Source of the DNA: Podarcis filfolensis | Taxonomy: Eukaryota | Reading direction: 5' to 3' (one strand) | NCBI GenBank assembly: GCA_964270895.1 | Contig: OZ185436.1 | DNA length: 64,000 bases | Shown here: positions 51,817 to 64,000 of the stretch, piece after piece | Layout: each line of letters begins with the position of its first letter | How positions within the stretch are numbered: position 1 is the first letter of the stretch | Translations under genes and position numbers: made by a program | The notes under the pieces: generated by a model | What the model was told of the DNA's origin: nothing | The model's database searches: none | What the model saw: the letters and a program-made list of their open reading frames with translations, nothing else

Positions 51817-54800
51817 TTTTAGAAAATACAGCATTCAGTACAGTGTGCCCTGCCTCCCCCATAATCTACAAATCCACATCATCACCCAGTCCAATCAGGA
51901 ATGTGCATTTCCTAAGTTTCTCCAAACCTCTGGTGCTCATGTTAAGATTCTGCGTGCTGTTAGTGTGAATAAGCTAGTGGTAGTTTCTGGCCTGCTCGTC
52001 ACTGTGGCAAGTTACAGTCAAGTGACGGCTGCGAAGAACTCATCACTTTTACCACGCTGTCCATTGGCCCTGCCTGTCAGCCACTACAGCTAAGCACCTG
52101 CTAGAGCAGAGTCTGCACTAAACCTATCACAGCCTCCACCGAGCACGTGCAGGAATACTCTACTGTTCTTCAGTAGTAGCATAGTCTCAACACTCTATGG
52201 GCTCCTGCCACTTTGGGGCCCTTCAAAACATTGCCCCTGGGCTTCCATATAGCGCCAAAATGATTCAAGTCAAAACAAGTTCCAAATGAGAGCGCAGCAA
52301 CTACCTTGGCCACCATAATGATGCAATATTAGTGAGCCCACTAAAATAAGCTGAAACATTTTAAAGGGGAAGAAACCATGTCTTCTGTTTCTCTGACTTG
52401 ACTCCTAGATGGCAAAATTACGACGTTATCTTGACTCATTGATTCTAATCCAGCCTAATAAATTTGGAGAATGTTTTAGGGGTGGGAAATGATTTCCACA
52501 GGCAGATATACCTGAGGATACCCATGGAAAGAAGGATATCCCATGCTCTGAGTAACATTCCTCTCCAGCTTAGAAGTGTTCCAGTGCTGGGGTGTTTCCT
52601 CCAAAACAGGTAAGGTGTGTGTGTGTGGGGGGGGGAGTTTTCTATTGTGCAGATTGAATGGATACTTGTGAAGGATGGGGTGCGGGAAGGCTGGATATTT
52701 ATGGGATTGTCACATAATCATCCAGCATGGCTGATTTTGAAAGTCTTCTCGTCACCTCGGAAACAAGGGTTACCCGTCCATAAAAGAGAGAAGCTCCAGA
52801 TATTTAGATCACATAGTGGAGTAACCACAGGCACTAGTCATGTTCATGGGTCAGTGGGTAGGCGGTGGGAGACACAATGATTCTGTAACTAGTCTCTCTG
52901 AAATCCTGAGATTTGGCCTTTAGTGTTAGTGGAGAGGAGAAAATGAGACAAGAAAGGGAGTACTGAGACGTAGGCTACCAATTCTCTCTTTTTCCTTCAT
53001 GGACGTTCTGACAGGTCCTCAAATTATAACTGATCATGCACTTGAGGCTGCTGATTGGACCATCACCATTACATGGTAATGTTCTGAATTAATACAGCAA
53101 AAGAATAGATTCAGACCAATCTAATGGAGTCCAAATATCACACAAGGCCAAGCTAGGTCTTGGTTGCTTTAGCCACCAAATTCCTTTGGGACATGTTGTG
53201 GGATAATGAACATGGGGCTAATCCATTAAATAGAACATGGCAGAGAACATGTCAACAGTGACCTTGCTAGACAAACTTAAAATGGAATGAAATCCTTGTT
53301 TTATTAATCTTTGGCAGTGGTGGGGATCCCAAAGAAATGTCTCCTCTGTGACATGCTGGTTACCATCTTCCAGCTACAGAATGGAAAATGCATCCGAGTC
53401 AGCAAATGCTCACATCTAGATGTCCCTTTGCTTGGGCCTTGGGTAGATGCTCTTAAAAATGTTGGACTTCTTGCACATTCCTGAGGGAACGGGATGACAG
53501 AGGCACCAGTATGCATTATCTCAAGACAAGAAAGCTTTTCGCTGATTCACTATGTCTCACAGTGGCAGTAAAAATGCCCACAGAGGGTGGCAACATCCAG
53601 AAGCACATGAATGAAAGCACAGGTGGGCTAGATAACCCCACACGTGCATAGCACACTCCACCTAGAATGCAGACTCGCCCCACAGGATTGTTACTGGGAG
53701 GTGGGGGGTTAGGGATAAGCCAAATAATGGCGGCTGGGGAGCCTAGAGCAGGGACAGCCAGTGTGGTGTCCTTCAAATGTTGTTTGAATGCAACTCCCAT
53801 CATGCTAGCAGGGGCTGATGGGAATTGGAGTTTGACATGTGGAGTGCACCAGCTTGGCCACTCCTGGCCTATAGTTGTCAACAGTTACGGTGTTCCACGA
53901 ACAAGAATTGGGGGTGGAGGAGTGAGACAACCTACCACTGCAGTCCCTGAATGTAGCTTGACAGTTTGGGTTTTGGTCACAGAAAATATAGGCAAATGAG
54001 AGAGGAAACCCCCAGTAGAGGATTTCATTATCCCTATTTGAATCTGGATCTTGTTGGCTGAACATGACATGCTGAGCTAGGCCAAACTTTGAACCTAATC
54101 AATGTCTTCTTATCGCTACATACTGGAAGCAAGGCCTGCTGCCCAATGTGGAGGAAATTCTTAAAAGCTAGAAGAGATGGTTCTTCCAAACCCTTCCAGC
54201 ATACCTCTCAAGAAAATAAAAAGATTATGGGAGAGTTAAAATTTAGGTTTCTCCTCTGAAATTATGGCATGAGCTGTTCTGTATTTTTTAAATCATTTTT
54301 AAAAAGCCAGATACTTGAAACTGCCCTAGGGCAGTGTGCTTTGAACTTGGAGAAACCTGCCCTTCCTTTCCTGAATCACAGGCCCAAGTCCCAGCTGTTT
54401 CCACCATGGGAATGAGCGAGCTAGAGAAAACCCAGGCTCTTTCCTTCACAAGTGTTGCAGCATTCCTTGCTGCTTAACTTATCTGCCTCTTCTGTAGACT
54501 TCAAAAGAATACACTGACTTCATAAAAGGGGGGTGGAGGGAGGGGCAGGGAAGAAATCACGATTCAAAGCCATCAAGCTAACACCACACAATTGGCTATG
54601 CAAGAAAAGAAAAAAAGAGAACAGGGAGAAAAAAGGCTTAGCATTTGTGTGGATTTTTTTTTTTTTATGAGATACAAAACAGACCACTACGAAGCTCCCC
54701 AGGGGTCAGAAGGAGAAGTTTAATCATGCACGTTAAATTCAGTGACCCCCATGGAATGAACACATTGTCATCTACTACAATGGTTTTCAGAAGTCCCCAG

Positions 54801-56547
54801 TCTGGGTCACATTGCTGGCTTGAGCTGAGTCAGGGCCTACCTCTACTCTTGCATTCACAGCAGATCGAGAAGACTTCTTCTACCACCACCACCACCACCA
54901 CCCCTGGCAATGCAACTGCCCTTCCATCATGAGCTGCTCCAGCCTCCCTGCACATGGGTAACACACCAGCAGCTGCCCCTTCCTTCCACCTGGTTTACGT
55001 GGATCTGCAGCAATCACTCTGGGGCACAGAACATTCCCGCCACGGTGAACAACATCTGTCATGGGGAAAGTGCATCCCATGAAGAAGACAACCCGTTCAG
55101 CGTTCAGCATCCTGTGGAAGTGCCAATATTCCCTTAGCTTGGCAAAGCTTTACTGTATAGCTAAGGATCAGCCTGGTTTTGCATCGCAACCTACAGGTGC
55201 CAGTGCAGGTGTCACGATTGAGGGAGGAGGAGGAGCACGACACCTGAGCAAATACATCACTGGGCCGAGGAGCCCAAAGGCTTCACAGCCAACAGCCAGC
55301 TGAATGCAATATTTGGAACCATCTAGCTTGAGAAAAGGCAGTTCCTGTAAGTCAGAGCAACAGCTAGGTAAGCTGACATGGCCATTTGGCTGGGAGCCAA
55401 CTGCAAGGTGAGGCGCTGGTGTGGCAACGTGTGGTAAAGCATACCAGAGCTATACATGGAGGTGACACAAAAAGAAGAAGTGGCAGCCTTAAATTAAGAA
55501 TGTCAAGGAGCCAACCAAGAGGACCTGGGCAGGGATTGCACTTCCTGATTTCTAATTGCTCTCGTCTTCTCATGTGGCTGCAACAGTGTGAGGCAATGAG
55601 CCATCAAAGTGAGGCAGAAGAGGTTGGGGGAGAAATAGCTTTACAAAACTCATAAAAGTGGAAAGTGACATCCAGGACCTGTGTGTGGATTTGTGGCGCC
55701 ACAAACAAGGCTACCTGGTAAGGCCTGGAACTGGACGCCAAGCCTCTTCACTGGTGAAATGAGAGCCACTATCAGGAACTATCAGGCTCTCCTTCAGCTG
55801 CCTGGAGATGAACAGCTTTTCTACATCCAAACAACACACCTGTGTCGTTTGAGCAAATCCCACTAACCTCTAGCACCTCCCCCACCAACTCCATGGTTTT
55901 AAACAAAAAAGGGGGAGGGGAGATCCTGCTGCAGTGTTAATCCCTGGAACACACTCCTTAAACCTCAAATAGTGAGTACTGAGTCAACTCCTAGGCAAAC
56001 TTGCCATCTTGGTAAAACATGACATTAATGGTATGGGAATTTCCAAAGACTATTGATGCACTGTTTTGTAACAGTGAGAGAAAAGGCATTTGGAGGGGTT
56101 TTTGTGGGGAGTGAGTAGAGTTCTGCTCTTTGCGTGTGAATACCCCACCCCAGATAGGTGGTGAAGAAAATCCTTTGAGTGGTGCTGTTTCCAAGTAAAC
56201 CAGGTCACAATATGAAGCAGTAAACAGGAGCATCAATTTTAAGAGTCATTTCAATCTAGAACAGTTATGGTTTCCCCCCCCTCCCAGGATTTACACAACG
56301 ACAGAGCAAAAAGGAAGAGAAATGGCTTGCAGGTTCTCTCTCTTCCTCCCTGCCCCCAGATTCCTACCCTCCCTCCCCCTAATGAAACCAGGCGGAGACG
56401 ACTTTGAAAGAAGAGATGGAGGAAACAGCTCTGGAGTTCGGTGGACAGGCTCAGATGCAGAGAGGTGGGTTTGGTTGGAGCTGCGATTCCGGAGGCTGGT
56501 AGGCACCCGCAGCCCCTTTCCTGACCTGTCCTCCTGTCCACGAGGGT

Positions 56548-58871
56548 TTAACTGTCTTCACCATTCTCGCCTGGTCCTTTGATAAGTCGCTTCTGTCCCC
56601 TCTTTCCCACAGGCCCCTTGGGTTTGGCAAAGGCCTGCTTGAAGGCATGCTGCTTGGGGTGGACCTCATCATACAGGAACTCTGCTGTCAGCTCAGCTCC
56701 ATCATCAATTTCAATCTGGCAAAGAGGAAAGAGGAGATGCAGTCCTCTGCCTTGGCCTCTGAAAACACCTACATCTCAGATGAGACAAGGACTGTCTTCC
56801 TCGTAATGCCACTCTTACCTCCCTCGTCCACCTCTTTCCCCAAAATCATTTCTACCATCCAGCAGCAACTCTAAAATGTTGCTTCCAACCAGATCTACTT
56901 TTCATCTCCAGAATCTGAGTATCACAGCTCCTCATCTGAGCAACGAGCTTCTCATCATTCCGTAGGTCAGCCATACAATTTTGAAATTTCTCTTGGCCAA
57001 GAGTTCCTTCATTCCTCCCCCCCCCCCCACTGTGAGAACTATCCAGTTATTCCTATTCTCTGCTTCCTTTTCCTTAAGCCGTTACTCATCTAAGAGAGGA
57101 CCTGTCCTCTCATCCCATGACTGCAAAGAACTCTTTTTTCAGATGCTTGGTATTTCTATCCTTAATAATGGTTTCCACCAGTTTCCCCAAAACACGTTAA
57201 GCTAACTGGCTTGTAATCCCTTGGATCCTTTTTTAAAAAATCAGCAATTTTCTAATCTGCAATCTGATCTTAGGGACAAGGCACAGTTTCCTTAGATGGC
57301 CAGGATCTGACCTACATCTTCTGCTGGGAAGACAGATGCAGCTGATTCATTCAGCTTTCCTGCAGTCTCTTTTTCCTTCTTTAACACATATTTGACACCC
57401 TTGTCATCCAAAAGCCCAACTGCCTCTCTAGCTGATCTTCTGCTACTAAAGTATTTAAATATTTTTTTAATGATTGGTCTTAAGATTTTTAAGACCAACG
57501 TCGGGACACTTCCCCAAGTTATATACTGGGTCCTGAGGAATTCCTCCGGAAGAATCTTCATCTGCTGTCCCAACAGTCCTTCACACCATCCACAGCTCCC
57601 AGTGTCCATATGGAAGGAGGAGGATTTCATCAAATATAAATTTAAGGGTCAAGGGGTGGCGGCAGCCTAGGCTTACCTTCTTTGCAATCTCTAGGCGGAA
57701 ATCTTGTTCCACGGAGTCAAGCAGTCGGCTCTTGCAGCTGGAGTACAACATGCGCTCCTTGATGCTACATTTGTAACCAGGCATGGAGTAGATAAATACT
57801 GCAAGGAAGAGGAAACAGGGCAATCAGTCATCCCTGGGTCCGGCCATGATTAATTCCACAAAACTATAAGGAGCGAAACCATGCATGCAATAACTATAAT
57901 GCAGGAAGTGCAGAACACAAAGAGTAGGAAAAAGTTTTGCAGACGAGCATCTTCCTTTTCATGTACTGTATTGTTTTCAAAAGTTCTAGTATTGGTTATA
58001 TCGGAATTCTTTGCACTAAACCAGTGATGGCCAAACTTGGCCCTCCAGCTGTTATGTGACTACAACTCTCATCATCCCTAGCTAACAGGACCAGTGGTCA
58101 AGAATGATGGGAACTGTAGTCCCAAAACAGCTGGAGGACCAAGTTGGGCCATCACTGCACTAAACCAATGGCTTATGAGGCTTCTGGCACTGGAGAAATT
58201 GCATGAGCAAATACGTATCATCAGAAAGGACTTAAAAGGCACATTCTCACAGTTCCCCAGATTCATGGACAGAAGAACCTGCACTGGTGGGGAGAGCCCT
58301 TTGATACATTCAGAAAATAAATTCCTATGCCTGTCCAGAGGGAGGGAAGGAAGGATGAATGAATGAAAGAATGGACAGGCACAGATACAGTTTGCAAAGG
58401 GCAAGCAAAATTCTGGTCTGTAAAAAAAGACAAAGACAAGGCTGTCTTACCAACTGACTCCAGATAATCTCCCTCGTGAGAGTGCTTATACAGGAAGAAG
58501 TGGTAACGGGCCGAATCCTGAGGAATTCTTTTAGGCAGGTCTGCTATCTCAGTGGCGTTGGTGTGGACCAAATCTATGGTCTCCCGTTCCAGGTCCAGCT
58601 TCTGTATAAACAAAGGCAAGAAGACACACTTCAGAACAACATTTGGCTCGGGGGAAACCAAGAGCCTTTGAACAAGCAGGGCTTGCACAGAAGTCCAAGA
58701 GGTGTTCAAAAGGCCAAACCGAATAGTGAAAAACGGACTTCTCACCAGCTGGATGTAATTGATCTTCTTCTGTTTTAGTAACTGGATGGCCTGCTGAGCT
58801 TCTGGCTGCAAAGGAAAAGCCAGTCCCTGGAGGGTCTGGTGTTTGCTTTCGACGCTGATTTCAGTCTTGAC
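56548..58871 (-). CDS. TWF2: Twinfilin-2, 3' part (coding exons 6-9); the 5' exons lie beyond the window end
   Basis: Minus-strand exons 58746-58871 (126 nt, [22 protein letters not shown]), 58451-58601 (151 nt, [14 protein letters not shown]...[19 protein letters not shown]), 57677-57798 (122 nt, [27 protein letters not shown]) and 56548-56715 (168 nt, [35 protein letters not shown]...GENGEDS*). All GT-AG with consistent phases. Exon 5 was not found in 58872-64000. Confidence 0.96.
57186..57535 (-). mobile_element. CR1 LINE ORF2 fragment in the last TWF2 intron
   Basis: ORF 57292-57633 contains [23 protein letters not shown]...[10 protein letters not shown], typical of the CR1 region between endonuclease and RT. 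Confidence 0.75.
58022..58157. mobile_element. hAT MITE (136 bp) with exact 8-bp target-site duplication
   Basis: TIRs CAGTGATGGCCAAACTT / AAGTTGGGCCATCACTG; TSD CACTAAAC at 58014-58021 and 58158-58165. Confidence 0.9.
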
Positions 58872-61800
58872 CTGTTTAACAGGGGTGGGGATGGGGGGAA
58901 AGGAACAGAGGTGAAATGAAGGAAGGAGGAAAGCAACAAAGGTGACAGCAAAACACAAGCCATGCTGCTGGGACTCGGGGCGCTCAGAAGCTGATGCACC
59001 CTGGAAGGGAAAGAGCCTGTGGCAAGGGGCTGCTAGCAGCTGCCATGGTACATGGGGATGGAGCCTGTCCACAATGCTGGACCAAGGAGAGGACCAGTGG
59101 AGAAGCCTGGTGCCCTGCTCCCTAGACCGATGCAGTTGCAGAGTAAAAGGATCAGTCTGGAGGCCAGAAGAAGAATCCTGGGGCAGGATTTGCACTGAGG
59201 CACTGGCAAAGTCTGCTTTCAAAACACCACCACCAGGTTTGGTAGGCAGTTGCAAGCAGGGGCGCTTCTCAGTACCTAAAAAACCCTCTGGGAAATGGAA
59301 TATGAAAGAAATTTGCATGTGCTCATATATATATATGTGCACAAATTTAGGCCTCTGAGCAAATTAAGACGGTGAGTGGCTGGGGTCTCGCCAGCACTGT
59401 GCTTTGCAAAGTTTAAGTTGAGGAAAGGGGCAGAAGATATGGGGCCCAGCACAAAAGACCCAGAAATCAGGCTCCTTGAGCTAGCCCCTAACATTAGCCC
59501 AGCTGTAAAGAAAAACACATGCAAGCCCTCCCCAATTTTTGGTCAAGTGTATTCCATATGTTCTGAATAGAAGCATTCATTGAAAACCAAATTGTACATC
59601 TGTTCTGATCTTTATCCAACCCCTCTCCACCACACACACCATATTCTTTTGTACCTGCCCATGTTTTGTCTTGTTTTTAAATCAGAGAAGTCTTTTTGTG
59701 GAGGGGTGGGACAAGATTTACAGAGGAGAGAGAAAGGAAGTTTCTCATTAGATTTATGAAACTGGTTAATTGTTGCAGTTCAAATGTCACATGTTTTAAA
59801 AAATAATTAAAATACAGTCTTAAGAAGGGGAAATGTTGTGACTAATTCTGGCGACTTTGGTGCACTAAAACATATACATCCTGGCAGTCTCTCTTAGCTT
59901 AAAAATATTAATAATAAATTCATTCCAAAATAACTGCAAGTAGCTGTAGACCACAGCCTTATAAGGCTTTGCACAGTGTCACCAGAGGAAAAATCATTAG
60001 CTTTTTGCTCCCTGCTTAATAGAAGAGCAAGAAATAGGTCACACGCTTCATTGAGTAACTATCAATATTTCACTTTCGTTCTTGATAAAGGAGTGAAAGC
60101 GAGGCTTTGCTTTTTATCATGAGAGAGAAATGTCATTTTCCGGTAGATGAAAAATTATTAAAATCCCAGCTCTGCCGATATATAATTTGGAATATATTAA
60201 GTATCAGAATAAGGAACTGGTCTGTAGAAGAATCCATGAGTGACACAGTTAGAAAGCCGGAAATGTGGAATGCCTGAAAATAATACTACTTAAAATAGAT
60301 CATGCTGTATTATTTCAGGAGTAGCCAGTTGGGTCATGCTGGCTGGGACTGAGGAGAGCTGAAGTCTAGCAACATCTGCAGGGCACCATGTTGGCTACCC
60401 CTGTATTACTTACTACAAAGGAGGCAGAGAACCCAAAACTACAAGACAAACTTGTGAAAACGCCGTTTAGGACAGACATAAGAAAGTAGTTCTTCATTTA
60501 AGGAACTTGCAGCCACATGAGGTGGTGGTGAATGGCAGTTTAGATGTCCTGAACAGTCCTATGTAGTATACACAGAAAATTACAGATCCTGCCACAATTG
60601 GGATTCCTCCCCACTTCTGAAGTTGCAACCCCATTCTGGGAAGGAAGCATCAACAGAAGCTTTCTTCCTGAGGGTAGCAGATGATGTCTGGGGGGCATTT
60701 TCACTGGGACTGCAGCACCCAATTTTTTGAAAATGCTCTGAAGGCCAACATTTTGTCTCAGCCAGCCCCAGCGTTCGAATGAGGATCAGGATTTAAAATG
60801 GAAGCCAGGAGATCACATAGCAATCTGCTTGGACCTGAGACTACAGGGATGGTCTCATTCAATGCTATGCAGTAAATAAATCAGTTAAACTCTTGCCCAC
60901 GGTGTAGGGAACACTCTCCCAATGTCAGCTGCACAAATCCTTACTATACAGAGGCATTATCTATGCGTTCCCAAAGCAGCCTACTAAGTTTATCATCACG
61001 AGACAGAAACTGGGAGAGGCTTCCACATTCTTTGGTTGAAATGTAAGGATTGTCCTGATGTCCTTCAAATTCAAAAATAAACACCCCCTTTAACATATTT
61101 ATCTTGAATTCCTGTGATTATTTTTTTTATCCAAGAGCACTCACTCTGTGCCACATTTATCACGATAGCATTTAAGCAATTACATGCGTTGCACGGAATC
61201 CTCCACAGAATAGGCCCTGAATTAGTGAAGATCTCTAATGACCATCCAGATTACACTATCAGCAAAACTCGCTCACCAGTATACACCAAAATCACTCCAA
61301 AAAGGAAGGCAGGGATCAGATTCTTTCTGTTAGAAATTCACATCTCCCATTAGGGAACTTATTTCTCTCAAGGCCATTTAGAAAAATGGGACCCACACTC
61401 ACTTGGTGAGCATCACAGGGACGGAACTCTGCTTTGTTGGGAATGTTTGTTTCTTTGAGAGAACACAGAGAAGGATGCAACCAAACTGGCAATCAAGAGA
61501 AAGAATTCCCCACCACAACCCCAGCGAGAGCAGAAAGCAAAATGCAGGCAACGCCGCCTACCTCCTCAAGGTGAGGGTATTCAACCACTGATGGGCAGCA
61601 GCAACAGCCCACTACCATCTGTCATGCAGAACGTAGGGAAACGGAGTCACATTGTGACAGAGACAAGAGAAAAGAGTTACCTGAAAGTCTTCACATATTG
61701 TGGGCTGAGCTAATAGCCAAGAAGGGCCGCTAAGCACTCCAGGAGAACACAATCCTTAAAAAGGGGGTGGAAAACATCTGCCCCATGGGTTAAAAATGCG

Positions 61801-61911
61801 GCCCTCTAGGCCCTTGAAACTTTCCCCCAGCTGTGCCATCCCACCCATCTCACTGCTCTGCCTCACCACAAGAGTGCCTTTGCCTGCCTGGACTGTGTCC
61901 TTGTTTGCAGG

Positions 61912-62043
61912 ATGATAATAATAATAATAATAATTTATTTATACCCCGCCCATCTGGCTGGGTTTCCCCAGCCACCTGGGCAGCTTCCAACAGAATATTA
62001 AAATACAATAATCTATTAAACATTAAAAGCTTCCCTAAACAGA
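61912..62043 (-). mobile_element. L2 LINE 3' end with (AAT)n tail
   Basis: Reverse complement of the 26420-26540 terminus. Confidence 0.7.
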
Positions 62044-62981
62044 TAGAGAGCAGTGTGGGATAGTGTCAAAACCTCTGGCTTTTGTGAGGCTGGAATCCAG
62101 CCTGCTGTTACACCCATTGCTCAGTCTACCTTTGCCTCTGGCCTCACCCACCACTGGCATGTGCCCACCCTTCCAAGGTTGCCCGTAAGGTAACATAGTC
62201 CTCAGGCTGAAAGAGATTCCCCACTCCTAGTCTGAAATGTTGCCAACAGGTATACCACCTCAGATACAGAAGAGCTGCTTCACTAGGCACAGATGCCCAT
62301 TTTTTGGAGGTGAAATTTCTGCAATGGGTTCTGCCTTGACTTTGGGGGTGGAAGGAACCAGCCAGCTTTTCAAACCCCCGCTGAACTTAAAGATGATGGC
62401 TTCAGTCCCACAGTCTTGAGCATGCACTCAGTGGGGCCAAGCAAGCGTACGTGACTGATTGCACAATGGCTGGGGAAGTGGTTTCGAGTGTTGCTTGTAG
62501 GTTTTTGTTTCGTATTGTGTGCAATGAGGATGTGGCCATTTTTCAATGGAAAGCACACAATTACTTTTTCTGTTGACCAGTATAATAAGAGTCAAACATG
62601 GGGGGGCAGGGAACGCCATCCAAAAATGTTGCCAAATGCTTTCGGTTGGACAATGGCCCTGGGAAGCCAAAGAGGCTGAGGTTGTGTCTGCAAGGCTTTG
62701 CCTACATCTGCATGGTGCAGAAGTGCAACAGGAGGGCAGCATTAACATCTTCCCACAAAACACTCACACTAAACGTCACATTATGCACTTTCATAAGAAT
62801 GCCATTCGCTATTCAGGTCAGCATTTCCTCTTCTAGAAAATTTCTCAGTTCATATTATAAGAAGGCAGCACTAGCAACATAATCTGTCCCACTTTCACAG
62901 GGAAAGACCAGCCAAGAAAATGTACAGGGGTTCAGCCATATATCCTCCACTTCACTGTATAAACAAAGTTCCCAAGCAAAT

Positions 62982-63170
62982 GAGAGCCAGTGTGGTATGG
63001 TGGATAGAGTGTTGAAATAGGACTGGGAGCCCAGGGTTCAAATTCCCATTCATGCACAAAATGGCATGATTTGGGGCCAGTCACAATCTCTCAGCCTCGC
63101 TACCCTACAAGTTTTGATATAGTTCGGGTTGGGGTGAAGACTATGTATACTGCTTTTGAGGTGCTTGAAG
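62982..63170 (+). mobile_element. Older tRNA-derived SINE (Squam3-like)
   Basis: GAGAGCCAGTGTGGTATGGTGG head and GGGTTCAAATTCC B box; related to 22469-22707. Confidence 0.6.
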
Positions 63171-64000
63171 TTAACATGGACTATAAATACAATCAAATGA
63201 ATAAACAAACTAGGTAACTTACTATGATACTTGGTAGCTCAGAAGTGAGTCTGAACTTACTTTAAATGTAAAGTAATAAAAACAGAGGCTAAAAAGACTC
63301 TTTAGCCCTCACCTTCTTGCAATGGCACAAGAGAGAGCCAGCAGGCTGAGAAATAAGGAAGCCCTAGAGTCCCACTGATTCCTGACCTCCCCACCCCCCA
63401 CATTACTCTATAGTTAAATGATAAATTAATTCCACAACTGTGAATCTTATATATACCCAACATGGCAACATCCATGCACAAGGGGGGAGTGTCAACAGGC
63501 TTGGGGAAAACTCAAGGTTTACAAAATATTTTAATGAGGCTAATTTTAAGGAGTCATATTTATATTTCAGTATTTGCATTGCTCTGTGCTCCACAAAGAT
63601 TGCATCAGTAATGTTTAGGATACCCCAATAAGGCATTTGGAGAGAGAAACAGAGGCACAGAGAGGGAGGGTGGCATGCCTGAAGAGATGTTGGCTGACTT
63701 GAGACTGGAACATCTCACCACACCATGAGGGACTACAATGGATTAGCTCAACACACTGCTGAGGCAGGAAGGAGACAATAATTGTTTACTATTTCTGAAA
63801 ATGGTTGCATTACAAGCTGCTGGGTGAAGTGGCTTCTATAGAACGACAGTAGCACTTCCTCTTGAAAAGAGGCTTTGAGCTTGAGGTGAGAGCTGGCACA
63901 TGCAAGAGAAGGAGCTCCATAAGGAAAACATAACTGTGAGGGAGGAGGAACACACATCACCAAGCCTACCATCTTCTCAGTGTGAGACTCCTGGGAATCT

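Noticed and set aside
61403-61485. TWF2 exon 5 candidate (83-nt AG/GT-bounded segment)
   Set aside because: Wrong length and phase, and no similarity to the twinfilin linker; at most a cryptic exon.

Overview
This is vertebrate genomic DNA, very likely from a lacertid lizard (inferred from Sauria/Squam1- and Squam3-type SINEs; the species cannot be determined). It holds three spliced protein-coding genes. (1) ALAS1 on +, complete: 10 coding exons, 894-10769, 637 aa. (2) A GH56 hyaluronidase paralog on +, with three well-supported exons (42033-46432), an intact DWE catalytic motif and a GPI-signal-like tail. Its large exon has no in-frame ATG ahead of the signal peptide, so the start probably lies in a small upstream exon (candidates at 20678-20712 in a CpG island and at 34700-34719). 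(3) The 3' four coding exons of TWF2 on - (56548-58871). In human the order is ALAS1(+), TLR9(-), TWF2(-). Here no TLR9 or LRR/TIR reading frame is visible between ALAS1 and TWF2, and a hyaluronidase gene lies in that interval instead; this is the most interesting observation. The rest is intronic or intergenic DNA with SINEs, L1/L2/CR1/Penelope fragments, hAT and mariner MITEs, a solo LTR with an internal ORF, microsatellites and one 129-N assembly gap. All exon models were derived by hand from reading frames and GT-AG sites; no searches or expression data were available.
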